A stretch of 64,000 nucleotides of DNA. Origin: an uncultured Gammaproteobacteria bacterium (GTDB taxonomy: Bacteria; Pseudomonadota; Gammaproteobacteria; DRLM01). Below, piece by piece: positions 19,894 through 29,890 of the stretch. The stretch is taken from NCBI GenBank assembly GCA_963729605.1, contig CAVSNY010000004.1, forward strand, positions 287,666 to 351,665. Reading direction: 5' to 3'. The first letter of the stretch is position 1; every line of letters begins with the position of its first letter. Position numbers and translations under genes: made by a program. The notes below the pieces were generated by a model. That model saw nothing but the letters and a program-made list of their open reading frames with translations, was not told the origin of the DNA and searched no databases.

Positions 19894-20979
19894 TCAGCGC
19901 GTGGCGGCGTTGAGGGCGCCGTCCCCGTTCAAGGCGGACTGCACCTCGCCCAGCCGGCGGATTTTGGGTGTCGGCAATCCCCAGCGTTTGCCGAGTTGCC
20001 GCGCCGCCAGGCGGGCGCTCTCGGCGTCGGGATAAAGGCCGTGGATCAAAGTCTGGCGTCCGCCCTTCGTTGCGGGATAACGGGCGCCGCCTTGGATCCG
20101 GTGGCGGGTGACGAAGATGTTCACGGTGTCCGGCTCGGCGCTCAGCAATTCCACGGTGTAGCGCTCCGGCCGCTGCTGCAATATCCAGCGCGGGTCGTGT
20201 ATGGCGATGGGCGGTTCGAGGGGCGGCAGGTTGCCCGCGCTGGCCTCGGCGTTGGCGAGTTGAGTCGCGGCCGGCGACGCAACGGCCTCCGCCGGTTTCG
20301 GCGACTGGAGTAGTGCGAGGGCCTCCTCCGCGGCGGGGGTACCGCGAAACTCTTCACTGATCGTATGGAGATGCGACACGGCGGCGGCGTCATCAGGTTG
20401 ACTCAGTCCGGCCTTGGCGTGTTTGAGGTGGGTGAGCGCCAATTGCTGACGGAGGAAGGCCAGGTTGTGCAGGGCGTTTTCATTGAAATCGCTGGACGGG
20501 AAACGCTCGGAGATGTCCTGAAACAGCGCATAGGCCTCGCGCAGGGCGAGATCGTGTTGCTCGAGCGCGGCCCCGTCCTGTTGCACGGCCTGCCGCAAGG
20601 CCGCCGAGGCGCGCAGGTAATAGATGTAATCGGCGCGCGGATGCGCGGCGTAGCGTTGGATGAACTGGTCGCCGCTCTCCCGAGCCGCGGAATAGTCGCC
20701 TTGTTTGTAATAGGCATAGGTCAGTTCCAGGGCGGCCTGCGAACCATAGGGTTCCGGCGCGCCGTCGGCGAGGCGTTTGAGCTGAGCGGCGGCGGCGGTG
20801 AAATCCCCCGCCTCCAGGGCGCGGTGACCGTCGAGATAGCCTTGGCGGAGGGCGGCGGGGTCCGCGCCGGCCGGTTTCCCGCTATGATGCGCGCAGCCGC
20901 CGCTCAAGGCGGCGAGCAGGCAGGCCGCGATGAGGCCGCGCGCGACAGGGGACATAGCGGTGGTCGTCAGCGTGTGCAT
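19894..20979 (-). CDS. BamD-like lipoprotein with a C-terminal SPOR-like domain
   Basis: LSGGC lipobox; QAALELTYAYYK, FIQRYAAHPRADYIYY BamD-type TPRs; Pro/Ala linker; WILQQRPERYTVELL...HGLYPDAESARLA DamX-type SPOR pattern. Confidence 0.75.
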   Translation of the reverse strand: MHTLTTTAMSPVARGLIAACLLAALSGGCAHHSGKPAGADPAALRQGYLDGHRALEAGDFTAAAAQLKRLADGAPEPYGSQAALELTYAYYKQGDYSAARESGDQFIQRYAAHPRADYIYYLRASAALRQAVQQDGAALEQHDLALREAYALFQDISERFPSSDFNENALHNLAFLRQQLALTHLKHAKAGLSQPDDAAAVSHLHTISEEFRGTPAAEEALALLQSPKPAEAVASPAATQLANAEASAGNLPPLEPPIAIHDPRWILQQRPERYTVELLSAEPDTVNIFVTRHRIQGGARYPATKGGRQTLIHGLYPDAESARLAARQLGKRWGLPTPKIRRLGEVQSALNGDGALNAATR

Positions 20980-21073
20980 TAGCGGTGGTGGCCGTGGGTG
21001 AGGAGGCAGGTTCCTGAGTCATTCATGCCCGCCCCGAATTATACTGGCTTTTTCCCAGGCGGATACGCATAAG

Positions 21074-22048
21074 GTGACTGACGTAAATAAAGCGCGGACG
21101 GCCAGGCTGTTGGCGGCCAAAGTGCCGCCGGAGGCGGCGGGGCGGCGGCTGGATCAGGTGTTGGTGGAGTTATTTCCCGATTATTCCCGCAGCCGTTTGC
21201 AGGCCTGGATCAAGGACGGCCAGGTGACGGTGGACGGCCGTCTCCCCCGGCCGCGCGACAAACTGTGGGGCGGCGAGGCATTGGCGCTCAACGCGGTCGA
21301 GAGCGTGGAGACCCCGTGGGCGGGCGAGGCCATCCCCCTGCACGTGATCTATGAAGACCAGACGTTGCTCGTCATCGACAAGCCGGCGGGCCTGGTGGTG
21401 CACCCCGCCGCCGGCAACTGGGAGGGCACCCTGGTAAACGCCCTGCTGCATTACGCCCCCGAACTCGCCAATCTGCCCCGGGCCGGGGTGGTGCATCGCC
21501 TCGATAAAGACACTAGCGGCCTGCTGGTGGTGGCGCGCACGCTGGCGGCTCACAAAAGCCTGGTCGCGCAATTGCAGGCCCGCACCGTCAAGCGCGAATA
21601 CGAGGCGGTGGCGGCGGGGGTGATGACCGCGGGCGGCACGGTGGAGGCGCCCATCGCCCGTCATCCGGTGGACCGCAAACGCATGGCGGTGGTGGGCGGC
21701 GGCCGCGAGGCGGTGAGTCATTATCGGGTGGTGCGGCGGTTTCGCGCCCACACTCACATCAAGGTGCGGCTCGAGACCGGCCGCACCCATCAGATCCGCG
21801 TCCACATGGCCCATATCCATTATCCGCTGCTGGGCGATCCCGTTTACGGCGGACGGTTGCGCATGCCGGCCGGATGCAGTGAGGCTTTACGCGAGGCGCT
21901 GCACGCTTTCAAACGCCAGGCCTTGCACGCGGGCGCGCTGGGTTTGGTGCATCCTGAGAGCGGCGAGGCGATGGACTGGCGGGTGCCGCTGCCGGCGGAC
22001 ATGCAAAATCTGTTGGAGGTGCTGGGTGACGACGCCGAGTCGGTCTGA
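21074..22048 (+). CDS. rluD: 23S rRNA pseudouridine 1911/1915/1917 synthase
   Basis: S4 domain, KPAGLVVHP, HRLDKDTSG, LETGRTHQIRVH, RQALHA. Confidence 0.96.
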   Translation: MTDVNKARTARLLAAKVPPEAAGRRLDQVLVELFPDYSRSRLQAWIKDGQVTVDGRLPRPRDKLWGGEALALNAVESVETPWAGEAIPLHVIYEDQTLLVIDKPAGLVVHPAAGNWEGTLVNALLHYAPELANLPRAGVVHRLDKDTSGLLVVARTLAAHKSLVAQLQARTVKREYEAVAAGVMTAGGTVEAPIARHPVDRKRMAVVGGGREAVSHYRVVRRFRAHTHIKVRLETGRTHQIRVHMAHIHYPLLGDPVYGGRLRMPAGCSEALREALHAFKRQALHAGALGLVHPESGEAMDWRVPLPADMQNLLEVLGDDAESV

Positions 22049-22058
22049 TGCGGTACAG

Positions 22059-22799
22059 ATGAGCTGGCTGCTGCCGGAGTGGCCCGCGCCGCCGCGGGTG
22101 CGCGCCTGCTCCACCACCCGCTTGGGCGGGGTGAGCGAGGGGCCGTACGCCTCGCTCAATCTCGCCGGCCACGTCGGTGATGGCGCCGCGCGCGTACTGG
22201 AAAACCGCCGCCGTTTACACGCGGCTTTGCAGCTGCCTTCCGAACCCTTGTGGCTGCAACAGGTGCACGGCGTCGCCGCCGTGGACGCCCGTTGCGGCAA
22301 AGCCGAATGCGAGGCCGACGCGAGTTATACCGGGCAGTCCGGCGTGGTGTGCGCGGTGCTTACCGCCGATTGTCTGCCGCTGTTGTTGTGCGACGTGGAC
22401 GGCGGCGTGGTGGCCGCGGCCCACGCCGGTTGGCGCGGCCTGCTCGACGGCGTGATCGAAAACACCGTGCGCGCCATGCACCGGCCGGGTTCACGCATCT
22501 TGGCGTGGCTGGGACCGGCGATCGGCCCCGCGGCCTTCGAAGTGGGCGATGAAGTCCGCGCGGCCTTCGTCGCCCGCGACCCGCTCGCCGCCGCCGCGTT
22601 TCGCCCTACCCCGGCGGGCCGCTGGCTGGCGGACATCTATCAACTGGCGCGCCAGCGTTTGAGCGAGGTGGGGGTCGAGGCCGTGTACGGCGGACATTGG
22701 TGCACCGTGAGCGACCCGGCGCGTTTTTATTCCTACCGCCGCGATCGCGTGACCGGCCGCATGGCGAGTCTGATCTGGCTGGACAGCCGGGGCGAATAA
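22059..22799 (+). CDS. pgeF: peptidoglycan editing factor PgeF/YfiH
   Basis: QVHG, TADCLP, AAHAGWRGL, YSYRRD..TGRM; directly after rluD (alternative GTG start at 22026). Confidence 0.93.
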   Translation: MSWLLPEWPAPPRVRACSTTRLGGVSEGPYASLNLAGHVGDGAARVLENRRRLHAALQLPSEPLWLQQVHGVAAVDARCGKAECEADASYTGQSGVVCAVLTADCLPLLLCDVDGGVVAAAHAGWRGLLDGVIENTVRAMHRPGSRILAWLGPAIGPAAFEVGDEVRAAFVARDPLAAAAFRPTPAGRWLADIYQLARQRLSEVGVEAVYGGHWCTVSDPARFYSYRRDRVTGRMASLIWLDSRGE

Positions 22800-22849
22800 G
22801 GTAAACTGCCCCGCTTTCCTTGCCACGGCTATCGGCTGCGATCATCTCC

Positions 22850-23629
22850 ATGAGCTTAATCACCTGGATCATCCTGTTCTGTCTGATAGGCGGTGTCGTC
22901 AGCGTGCTGGCGGCCGCGGCGTTTTTGTTGTTCCCGGAAAAGGTGCGCGCGCGCTTATTGCCTCACTTCATCAGCTACGCCATCGGCGCGCTGCTCGGCG
23001 CGGCCTTTCTCGCCCTGCTGCCCCATGCCTTGGAGGGCCCGGGGGTGGCCGACGTCCATCACATCAGCCTCACCGTGCTGCTGGGCGTGCTGGGATTTTT
23101 CCTGCTGGAGAAAATGGTGCTGTGGCGGCATTGCCATCACGACCACTGCGAGGCCCATGACCCGGTGATGCCGGTCACCAATAAGTCGGCGGGCACCATC
23201 GTGATGATCGGCGACACCGTGCACAATTTCGTGGACGGCATCCTGATCGCGGCGGCCTTTCTCACCGACATCCACCTCGGCGTGGTCACCGCCATCGCCG
23301 TCGCCGCCCACGAAATTCCGCAGGAACTGGGCGACTTCGCGGTCTTGCTGCACAGCGGTTTCAGCCGCGGCCAAGCCTTGTTGTTCAACGGGCTGTCCGG
23401 TTTGGCGACCGTGGCGGGCGGCCTGATCGCCTATTACGGCTTGCAGAACTACGACCAGGTATTGCCTTACGCCTTGGCCATCGCCGCCTCGAGTTTCATT
23501 TATGTCGCCGTCGCCGATCTGATACCCGGCTTGCATAAACGCATGGAAATGACCGCGACCGTCCAGCAAGTGAGTTTGATCTCGGCGGGTGTGCTGACGA
23601 TTTATCTGGTCCACGGCACGCTGCATTGA
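22850..23629 (+). CDS. ZIP family metal transporter
   Basis: His-rich loop, HNFVDG, HEIPQELGDF. Confidence 0.92.
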   Translation: MSLITWIILFCLIGGVVSVLAAAAFLLFPEKVRARLLPHFISYAIGALLGAAFLALLPHALEGPGVADVHHISLTVLLGVLGFFLLEKMVLWRHCHHDHCEAHDPVMPVTNKSAGTIVMIGDTVHNFVDGILIAAAFLTDIHLGVVTAIAVAAHEIPQELGDFAVLLHSGFSRGQALLFNGLSGLATVAGGLIAYYGLQNYDQVLPYALAIAASSFIYVAVADLIPGLHKRMEMTATVQQVSLISAGVLTIYLVHGTLH

Positions 23630-23724
23630 TCGCGCGGCGGCGCTGGATTCGGTTATTCAAAGGGCCGGCCGGAACCTGTCCCGAAATTGAAATCGATAGA
23701 TGCAAACCGGACTGACGCGTCATG

Positions 23725-23995
23725 CCAACCTCTCTTCCGCGGGCGGGGGAGGGAAAGGGCGATGAATTCTGATATCTGATTTTCACCAACCCCTCGCGCG
23801 CGGGCGGGAGAGGGTGCCTGATATTGATATGCGGGATGCAGCTAACCAACCCCTCGCGCGCGGGCGGGAGAGGGGCCTCAATCCGATGGATCGCCTGCGG
23901 TTCCTGGCAATCCCTCGTGCACGGGCGAGAGAAGGAGATATCGCGTTAATGATTTGCGCGATCGTGCAACCCCCTCTCCCGCAGGCGGGAGAGGG
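23725..23995. repeat. CRISPR-like array of five REP-derived 29-bp palindromic repeats with unique 31-32-bp spacers
   Basis: Repeats start at 23725, 23786, 23846, 23907 and 23967 (periods 61, 60, 61, 60); units 2 and 3 are identical, CCAACCCCTCGCGCGCGGGCGGGAGAGGG; no cas genes in the window. Confidence 0.8.
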
Positions 23996-24057
23996 AGGGG
24001 GTGAGGGCGCCGGGATGACCGCCATCATTACGCAAAAACGCTTTATCTCCTCTCTAT

Positions 24058-24095
24058 TCTTACGCGCCAACCTCGCTCTTACGCGCCGACCTCGC
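24058..24095. repeat. 19-bp tandem duplication
   Basis: TCTTACGCGCCAACCTCGC / TCTTACGCGCCGACCTCGC. Confidence 0.8.
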
Positions 24096-24108
24096 CACCC
24101 TGGCCATT

Positions 24109-24199
24109 GCGAGTCCTCCCCGCGCGCAAGGGAACGGAGCAACCTTCGACAAGATCGAATGGGGCATCCGCGAATTCTCCCCGCGCGCAAGGGAATGGA
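24109..24199. repeat. two 30-bp repeats at a 61-bp period
   Basis: GCGAGTCCTCCCCGCGCGCAAGGGAACGGA (24109) and GCGAATTCTCCCCGCGCGCAAGGGAATGGA (24170), 31-bp spacer. Confidence 0.75.
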
Positions 24200-24487
24200 A
24201 AAATGATTTTCCTGCGCCCGCCGCCGATTGTCCCCGCCCGCCCGCGAGAGAAGGTATTCTGAGATTTTTCCGCGTTGAACGGACGAGGTTAGGTTGACCC
24301 GGTTACTCAAGTATTCAAACTTCGCGAAATCCCAACGGGCCGCGGCGCCGTCACCTGGCGTTCGGCGCCATACGCCGTCCTCCAGCGTATTCTCTGCAAA
24401 TTGCGAAAAAGTACATTGCCCGCCGCGGGCGGTTTGCAGTAGCGTAACGAGCACACATCGACAAGCCGTCATGAGGAGAAAAGCGCC

Positions 24488-25009
24488 ATGAAACGCTGGT
24501 ACATGTTAACCGTGGTCGGCAAAGACCGGCCGGGCATCGTCGCCCATGTCACCGCCGCGCTCTACGAAGGTGGCTGCAATCTCGGCGAGGCCTCCATGAT
24601 GCGTCTCGGCGGCAGCTTCACCATCATGCTCATGGTGCAACACCCAGGCACGGCCAAAAGCCTGGAGCAGCTACTGGAGACGGTGATCGATTCCATGGAC
24701 CTGCACATGCACATCGACGCCATCGAAGGCCGTCTGCACCAACACCTGCTGCCCGATGTGCGCATTACGGTATTCGGCGCCGACAAGCCCGGCATCGTCG
24801 CCAAGATCACCGGCGCCTTGTCCAACGCCGGCCTGCACATCCTCAATCTGGAATCCGACGTCGGCGGCAGCGATGTCCATCCTATTTACATCATGCACAT
24901 CGAAGGGCAGGCCGGCGCGGGTCTCGACGCCTTGCGCTCCGCCTTGCAAGTGGCGGCGGGCGAGGGCGTCGAGACCAGCCTCACCGCCATCGACACCTTG
25001 GTGGGCTAG
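24488..25009 (+). CDS. GcvR-like tandem ACT domain protein
   Basis: VVGKDRPGIVA and VFGADKPGIVA ACT starts. Confidence 0.88.
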   Translation: MKRWYMLTVVGKDRPGIVAHVTAALYEGGCNLGEASMMRLGGSFTIMLMVQHPGTAKSLEQLLETVIDSMDLHMHIDAIEGRLHQHLLPDVRITVFGADKPGIVAKITGALSNAGLHILNLESDVGGSDVHPIYIMHIEGQAGAGLDALRSALQVAAGEGVETSLTAIDTLVG

Positions 25010-25011
25010 GC

Positions 25012-25515
25012 ATGGCGGTATTGGAAATCCTCACCTACCCGGACCCGCGGCTCGCTCAGGAGTCGCAAGCGGTCGCCGAATTCGACGACGCGTTGCGCGC
25101 CTTCGTCGCCGATCTGGAAGAAACCATGCGCGCCGGTCCCGGCGCGGTCGGCATCGCCGCGCCGCAGGTGGGACGCATCCAGCGCATCGTCATCGTCGAT
25201 TGCTCGGGCAAGAAAAATCTCGCCACCGACCACGGCCGCATGATCCTGATCAATCCCGAGATCACCGAATGGGACGGCTTCGCCGTCGGCCGCGAAGGCT
25301 GCCTGTCCGTACCCGACTTCACCGGCAACGTCATCCGCGCCGAACGCATCGCGCTCGAAGCGCGCGACGAACACGGCGAAAGCCTGCAATTCAAGTTCGA
25401 AGGGTATGAAGCGCGCGCGGTGCAGCATGAGATCGATCATCTCGACGGCCTGCTGTTTCTCGACCGGTTGGTGAGCCGGCGCAATGACTTGTTCAAGCGG
25501 AAGACGTATAAATAA
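25012..25515 (+). CDS. def: peptide deformylase
   Basis: GIAAPQVG, EGCLSV, QHEIDHLDG. Confidence 0.96.
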   Translation: MAVLEILTYPDPRLAQESQAVAEFDDALRAFVADLEETMRAGPGAVGIAAPQVGRIQRIVIVDCSGKKNLATDHGRMILINPEITEWDGFAVGREGCLSVPDFTGNVIRAERIALEARDEHGESLQFKFEGYEARAVQHEIDHLDGLLFLDRLVSRRNDLFKRKTYK

Positions 25516-25548
25516 AGCAAGCATCCTCGACCGTGATCCGCGGCCGCA

Positions 25549-26076
25549 TCAATGGGCGTCTTTCTTGCCTTCCGACATGCGGTCCATCACCGCGAACAAC
25601 ACCCCGGATACCACCAGCACCATGTGAATGGCGACCTTCCAGATCAGTTGCTGCTGGCCGTTGTCTTTCGCCAGGATGTCGTCCATGTTGACGAAGGCCT
25701 TCAACAATTCGATGGCGGAGATGGCCACGATGGAGCCGATGAGCTTGAGCTTGAGGGCGGAGAAATCGACCTTGCCCATCCAATCGGGGCGGTCCACGTG
25801 GCCGGCGGAGTCGATCTTCGATACGAAGTTTTCATAACCGCTGAAGATGATGATGATCAGCAGATTGGCCACCAGCGCCATGTCCACCAGGGTGAGGATG
25901 GAGAGAATGGTGGCGCTCTCGCTGGATTCGATGATGCCGGGCGCGAAGTGCAGAAATTCCTGAACGAACTTCACCAGCAGCACGACGATGGACAAGACCA
26001 GCCCGACATAAAACGGGGCCAGCAGCCAGCGGCTGTTGAAGATGAGTACCTCTAAAATTTTTTCTATCTTTTGCAT
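25549..26076 (-). CDS. yqhA: UPF0114/YqhA (TIGR00645) membrane protein
   Basis: SRWLLAPFY.GL, SGYENFVSKID, LKLKLIGSIVAISAI. Confidence 0.88.
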   Translation of the reverse strand: MQKIEKILEVLIFNSRWLLAPFYVGLVLSIVVLLVKFVQEFLHFAPGIIESSESATILSILTLVDMALVANLLIIIIFSGYENFVSKIDSAGHVDRPDWMGKVDFSALKLKLIGSIVAISAIELLKAFVNMDDILAKDNGQQQLIWKVAIHMVLVVSGVLFAVMDRMSEGKKDAH

Positions 26077-26321
26077 GATGAGTAACCGCGCAGTGATGGA
26101 CAGTAGAGCGCCGCCATGGCGCCGTGGGTCGGGGCATTGCAGCGATTCCCCACGAAGTATAGAGAATACACCGGCCCTTGCAATGTCCGCGGTTTATTCC
26201 TTAGCCCTTTATCCCAGATTCCCGGCCAGACGTCATGCAGGGCATCCGGAAGTCGCCGCTTCAGTAGTCGCCGGCCGCGGTCGATGCAGTCATCAACACC
26301 ATTCGTTGTTACAGGGCTACC

Positions 26322-27695
26322 ATGCAGGCCGCACATCCAATACCGGCACCACACACGCCCCGGCTTTTACTCTCGGAGCTGATCGGCGCGTTGACCTATG
26401 CGTTGGACCTCACCGAGGGTCAGCCGCCGGGGCATTCCCTGCGCTGTTGCTGGATCGGATTCCACGTCGGCCGCAAACTCGGCATGGTGCCGTCGGCGCT
26501 TTGGGAACTCTATTACACGTTATTGTTGAAGGATGCGGGTTGCAGCAGCAACGCGGCGCGGCTCTGCGAACTGTATGGCAGCGACGACCGGCTTGCCAAA
26601 CACGATTTCAAGACCGTCGATACCGACGATATTTCGCAACTGGTGCAATTCGTCCTGGCCCACACCGGCGTCAAAGGACCATTGGCGGAGCGTTTCAAAA
26701 AACTGCTGCATCTGGCCCGGCACGGCGAACGCCTCGCCACCGAACTCATTCAAACCCGTTGCGACCGCGGCGCGCAAATCGCCCGCCAACTGGGTTTCGG
26801 CGAAGCCGTCGCCTCGGGTATTTTTTCCTTGGATGAACATTGGAACGGCCGCGGCAAGCCGCAGCGGCTCGCGGGCAAGGACATTCCGATCAACGCCCGA
26901 ATCGCCTTGCTCGCCCAAGTCATCGATGTATTTCATCACATGGGCGGCGCGCGGACCGCGTTGGATGAGGTGCGCAAGCGGCGCGGCAGCTGGTTCGATC
27001 CGGAGCTGGTGGATATCGTCTTGAGTTTTGAGCATCAGCAGGACTTCTGGGCGGCGTTGCACGACGAGGATATTCGCCCGAGAGTCGTGGCGCTCGAACC
27101 CGAGTCGCGGGTGATGGCGGTGGACGACGATAGCATGGATAGAATCGCCGAGGCCTTCAGCCAGGTGATCGATGCCAAGAGTCCCTACACCTCGGGCCAC
27201 AGCGCGCGCGTCGCGCTGTATACCGATATGCTGGCCGCCAAGTTCGGGTTTGACGAATCCCGCCGCCGCTGGCTGAAGCGGGGTGCGCTGCTGCATGATC
27301 TCGGCAAACTCGGCGTCAGCAATTCGGTGCTGGATAAGGCCGGCGCCTTGAGCGACGAGGAATGGAAAGAGGTGCGCATGCACCCGGTTTATACTCAGCA
27401 GATCTTGGCGCTGATCGCGCCGTTCCAGGATTTGGCCGTGGTGGCGGGCGCGCATCATGAACGCTTGGACGGCAAGGGTTATCCCAATAATCTGGTCGCC
27501 GCCGACTTGAATCTCGAAACCCGCATGATCACCCTATGCGACATCTTCGACGCCATCACCGCCGACCGCCCTTATCGCGGCCCTATCCCGGTGCCGCAAG
27601 CCTTGGAGATGATGGGACGAATGGTCGGCACCGCGCTTGATCCCGATTGCTACGCGTTGTTCGCCGAGTGTACGCGCGAGATACAAATGCCCTGA
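26322..27695 (+). CDS. HD-GYP domain protein (putative cyclic dinucleotide phosphodiesterase) with a degenerate N-terminal HD domain
   Basis: GHSARV, LLHDLGK, HHERLDGKGYP, DIFDAIT.DRPYR. Confidence 0.9.
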   Translation: MQAAHPIPAPHTPRLLLSELIGALTYALDLTEGQPPGHSLRCCWIGFHVGRKLGMVPSALWELYYTLLLKDAGCSSNAARLCELYGSDDRLAKHDFKTVDTDDISQLVQFVLAHTGVKGPLAERFKKLLHLARHGERLATELIQTRCDRGAQIARQLGFGEAVASGIFSLDEHWNGRGKPQRLAGKDIPINARIALLAQVIDVFHHMGGARTALDEVRKRRGSWFDPELVDIVLSFEHQQDFWAALHDEDIRPRVVALEPESRVMAVDDDSMDRIAEAFSQVIDAKSPYTSGHSARVALYTDMLAAKFGFDESRRRWLKRGALLHDLGKLGVSNSVLDKAGALSDEEWKEVRMHPVYTQQILALIAPFQDLAVVAGAHHERLDGKGYPNNLVAADLNLETRMITLCDIFDAITADRPYRGPIPVPQALEMMGRMVGTALDPDCYALFAECTREIQMP

Positions 27696-27997
27696 TTTTT
27701 CGCCAAGCTTTAATTATTGAACCGTGTTATGTTTTACCGCGTCGCATAAAAGCGATGATCTTCTTTGTAAATTTTACAAAGCCCGGCGCGACGAAATGCG
27801 CGCCCGTTGTTTTTCTCCGCAAACAAATCCCATCCTGAATTTCACGTTGGCACGCCATGGCCGGACTGCTACGATGATCAACGTAAACGGGAACCTGTCG
27901 CGCATCCTCCGCTGGATAACGAGGACAGCGGCTAAGCGGGTAGGGGGAAGAATAATGACGAACAAATTGCTGCGTGCCCTCCAGACGGGCAACGCCA

Positions 27998-29890
27998 TGC
28001 CGCATCGTCGGGCTTGTATTTTATTGTTGATGGCTATGCAAACTTACACCGGCGTCACCGCGAAAATGACTTTCGCCGCCGACGAACTCGCCGATTTAAG
28101 TCTAGAGCAGTTGGGCAACATCGTAGTCACCTCGGTGTCGCGGCGCGAGCAGTCGCTCGGTTCCGCCGCCGCTTCGGTTTACGTCATCAACGCCGAGGAC
28201 ATCCGCCGCGCGGGCGTGACCAGTCTTCCCGAAGCCTTGCGGCTCGCTCCCAATCTCCAGGTCGCCCGCACCGACGCCAATCAATACGCGATCAGCAGCC
28301 GCGGTTTCAATAACCCGACCGCCAACCGTCTGCTGGTCATGATCGACGGCCGCACCGTTTACAGCCCGCTTTTTTCCGGGGTGTTCTGGGACGTGCAGGA
28401 TGTCATGCTCAAAGATATCGACCGCATCGAAGTCATCAGCGGTCCGGGCGCCACTTTATGGGGTGCCAATGCGGTGAACGGCGTCATCAATGTCATTACC
28501 CGTCACGCCGGCGATACCCAAGGCGGACTGGTCGCCCTGGGCGCGGGTTCCCGGCTCGACGGCGGCGCGGCGCGTTATGGCGGAAAATTCGGCGACGACG
28601 GCCATTTCCGCGTTTACGGTAAATACTTCGAGCGCGATCATGCGGAGCGGGCCGACGGCAGCGCGGTACGAGACGCGTCCGAACGGGGTCAAGCGGGATT
28701 CCGCGCCGACTGGGGCAGTCCGCACCGCGCCTTCACGATACAAGGCGATGCTTATCGGGCCGATATCGAACAGCAAGTCGGCGGTTCCCGTGATCTCGCC
28801 GGCGCCAATCTGCTGGCGCGTTGGACCGAACAGCGCGCCGACGGCTCTACGTTGCGCGTCCAGACTTATTACGATCGGTCCGAACGCGATCAGCCGGGCG
28901 TTTTCCACAAAACCTTGGAGATCGCCGACCTGGAATTCCAGCACGGCCTGCTGCCGGCCAAGGACCATTGGCTGTTGTGGGGCGGCGGTTACCGCTACGG
29001 TTACGATGATCTCGAAGACCAGAATCCCGCCGCCTTGGCCTTCATGCCGGAGGACCAACGATTGCACTGGTATCACCTGTTCATCCAGGATCAATGGGAC
29101 CTGCGTTCCGACCTGGCGCTGACCGCCGGCATCAAAGGCGAGCACAATGATTACACCGGCTGGGAATGGTTGCCCAATCTCCGCCTGGCCTGGGCATTTC
29201 GCAAAAATCAATTGGCGTGGGGCGCCATCTCGCGGGTGGTACGTGCGCCGTCGCGTCTGGATCGGGAGTTGTTCGTGCCCGGCACTCCGCCTTATACCCT
29301 GGCCGGCGGTCCTGGTTTCCGTTCGGAAATCGCGCGGGTCGTCGAGCTCGGCTACCGGTTGCAACCGGCCGATGCCTATTCGCTTTCGATTACCGCATTC
29401 CATCACCAGCACGACCGGGTGCGCAGCTACAATCCGGACACCCGCGTTTTGGAAAATCAGATAAAAGGCGATAGTTACGGCGTCGAGGCTTGGGGTACCT
29501 ACCAGGTGACGTCCACCTGGAATCTCCATGCCGGTTGGACCGAGCTGCGCCGGGATTTGCGCAGTACCGAGCGCGAGCAGTACTATCGGCCCCAGTAGCG
29601 CCTTGCTTGGCAACGACCCGCGACGCTGGATCACATTGCGTTCCACCATGGAAATCACGCCGAGACATGAGTTCGATATTACGGCGCGCTACGTCGGGGC
29701 GCTTCCATCGCCCGGCCTCGCCGCGTATACCGCCGTCGACGCCAGATTGGGCTGGCAGGCCCGCGAAAATTTGCAGCTTTCCTTGTTGATACAAAATTTA
29801 TTCGACCCCGCGCATCCCGAATGGGGAACCGCCGCCAGTCCCGTGGAATATCCCCGCAGTGTGTTTTTCGAGGCCGTTTGGCGTCCATGA
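27998..29890 (+). CDS. TonB-dependent receptor; single frameshift near 29570 (likely sequencing error); start approximate
   Basis: Plug motifs LVMIDGR and IDRIEVISGPGATLWGANAVNGVINVIT; the C-terminus ...NLFD...AVWRP continues in ORF 29528-29890. Confidence 0.85.

Noticed and set aside
23725-24255. Calling this a bona fide functional CRISPR-Cas locus
   Set aside because: No cas genes or clear leader in the window; repeats are degenerate and REP-like, so it is reported only as CRISPR-like
23783-24472. ORFs spanning the repeat region (23783-24472, 23814-24206)
   Set aside because: Translations are just the GC palindromes (e.g. PLARGRERG); not protein-like
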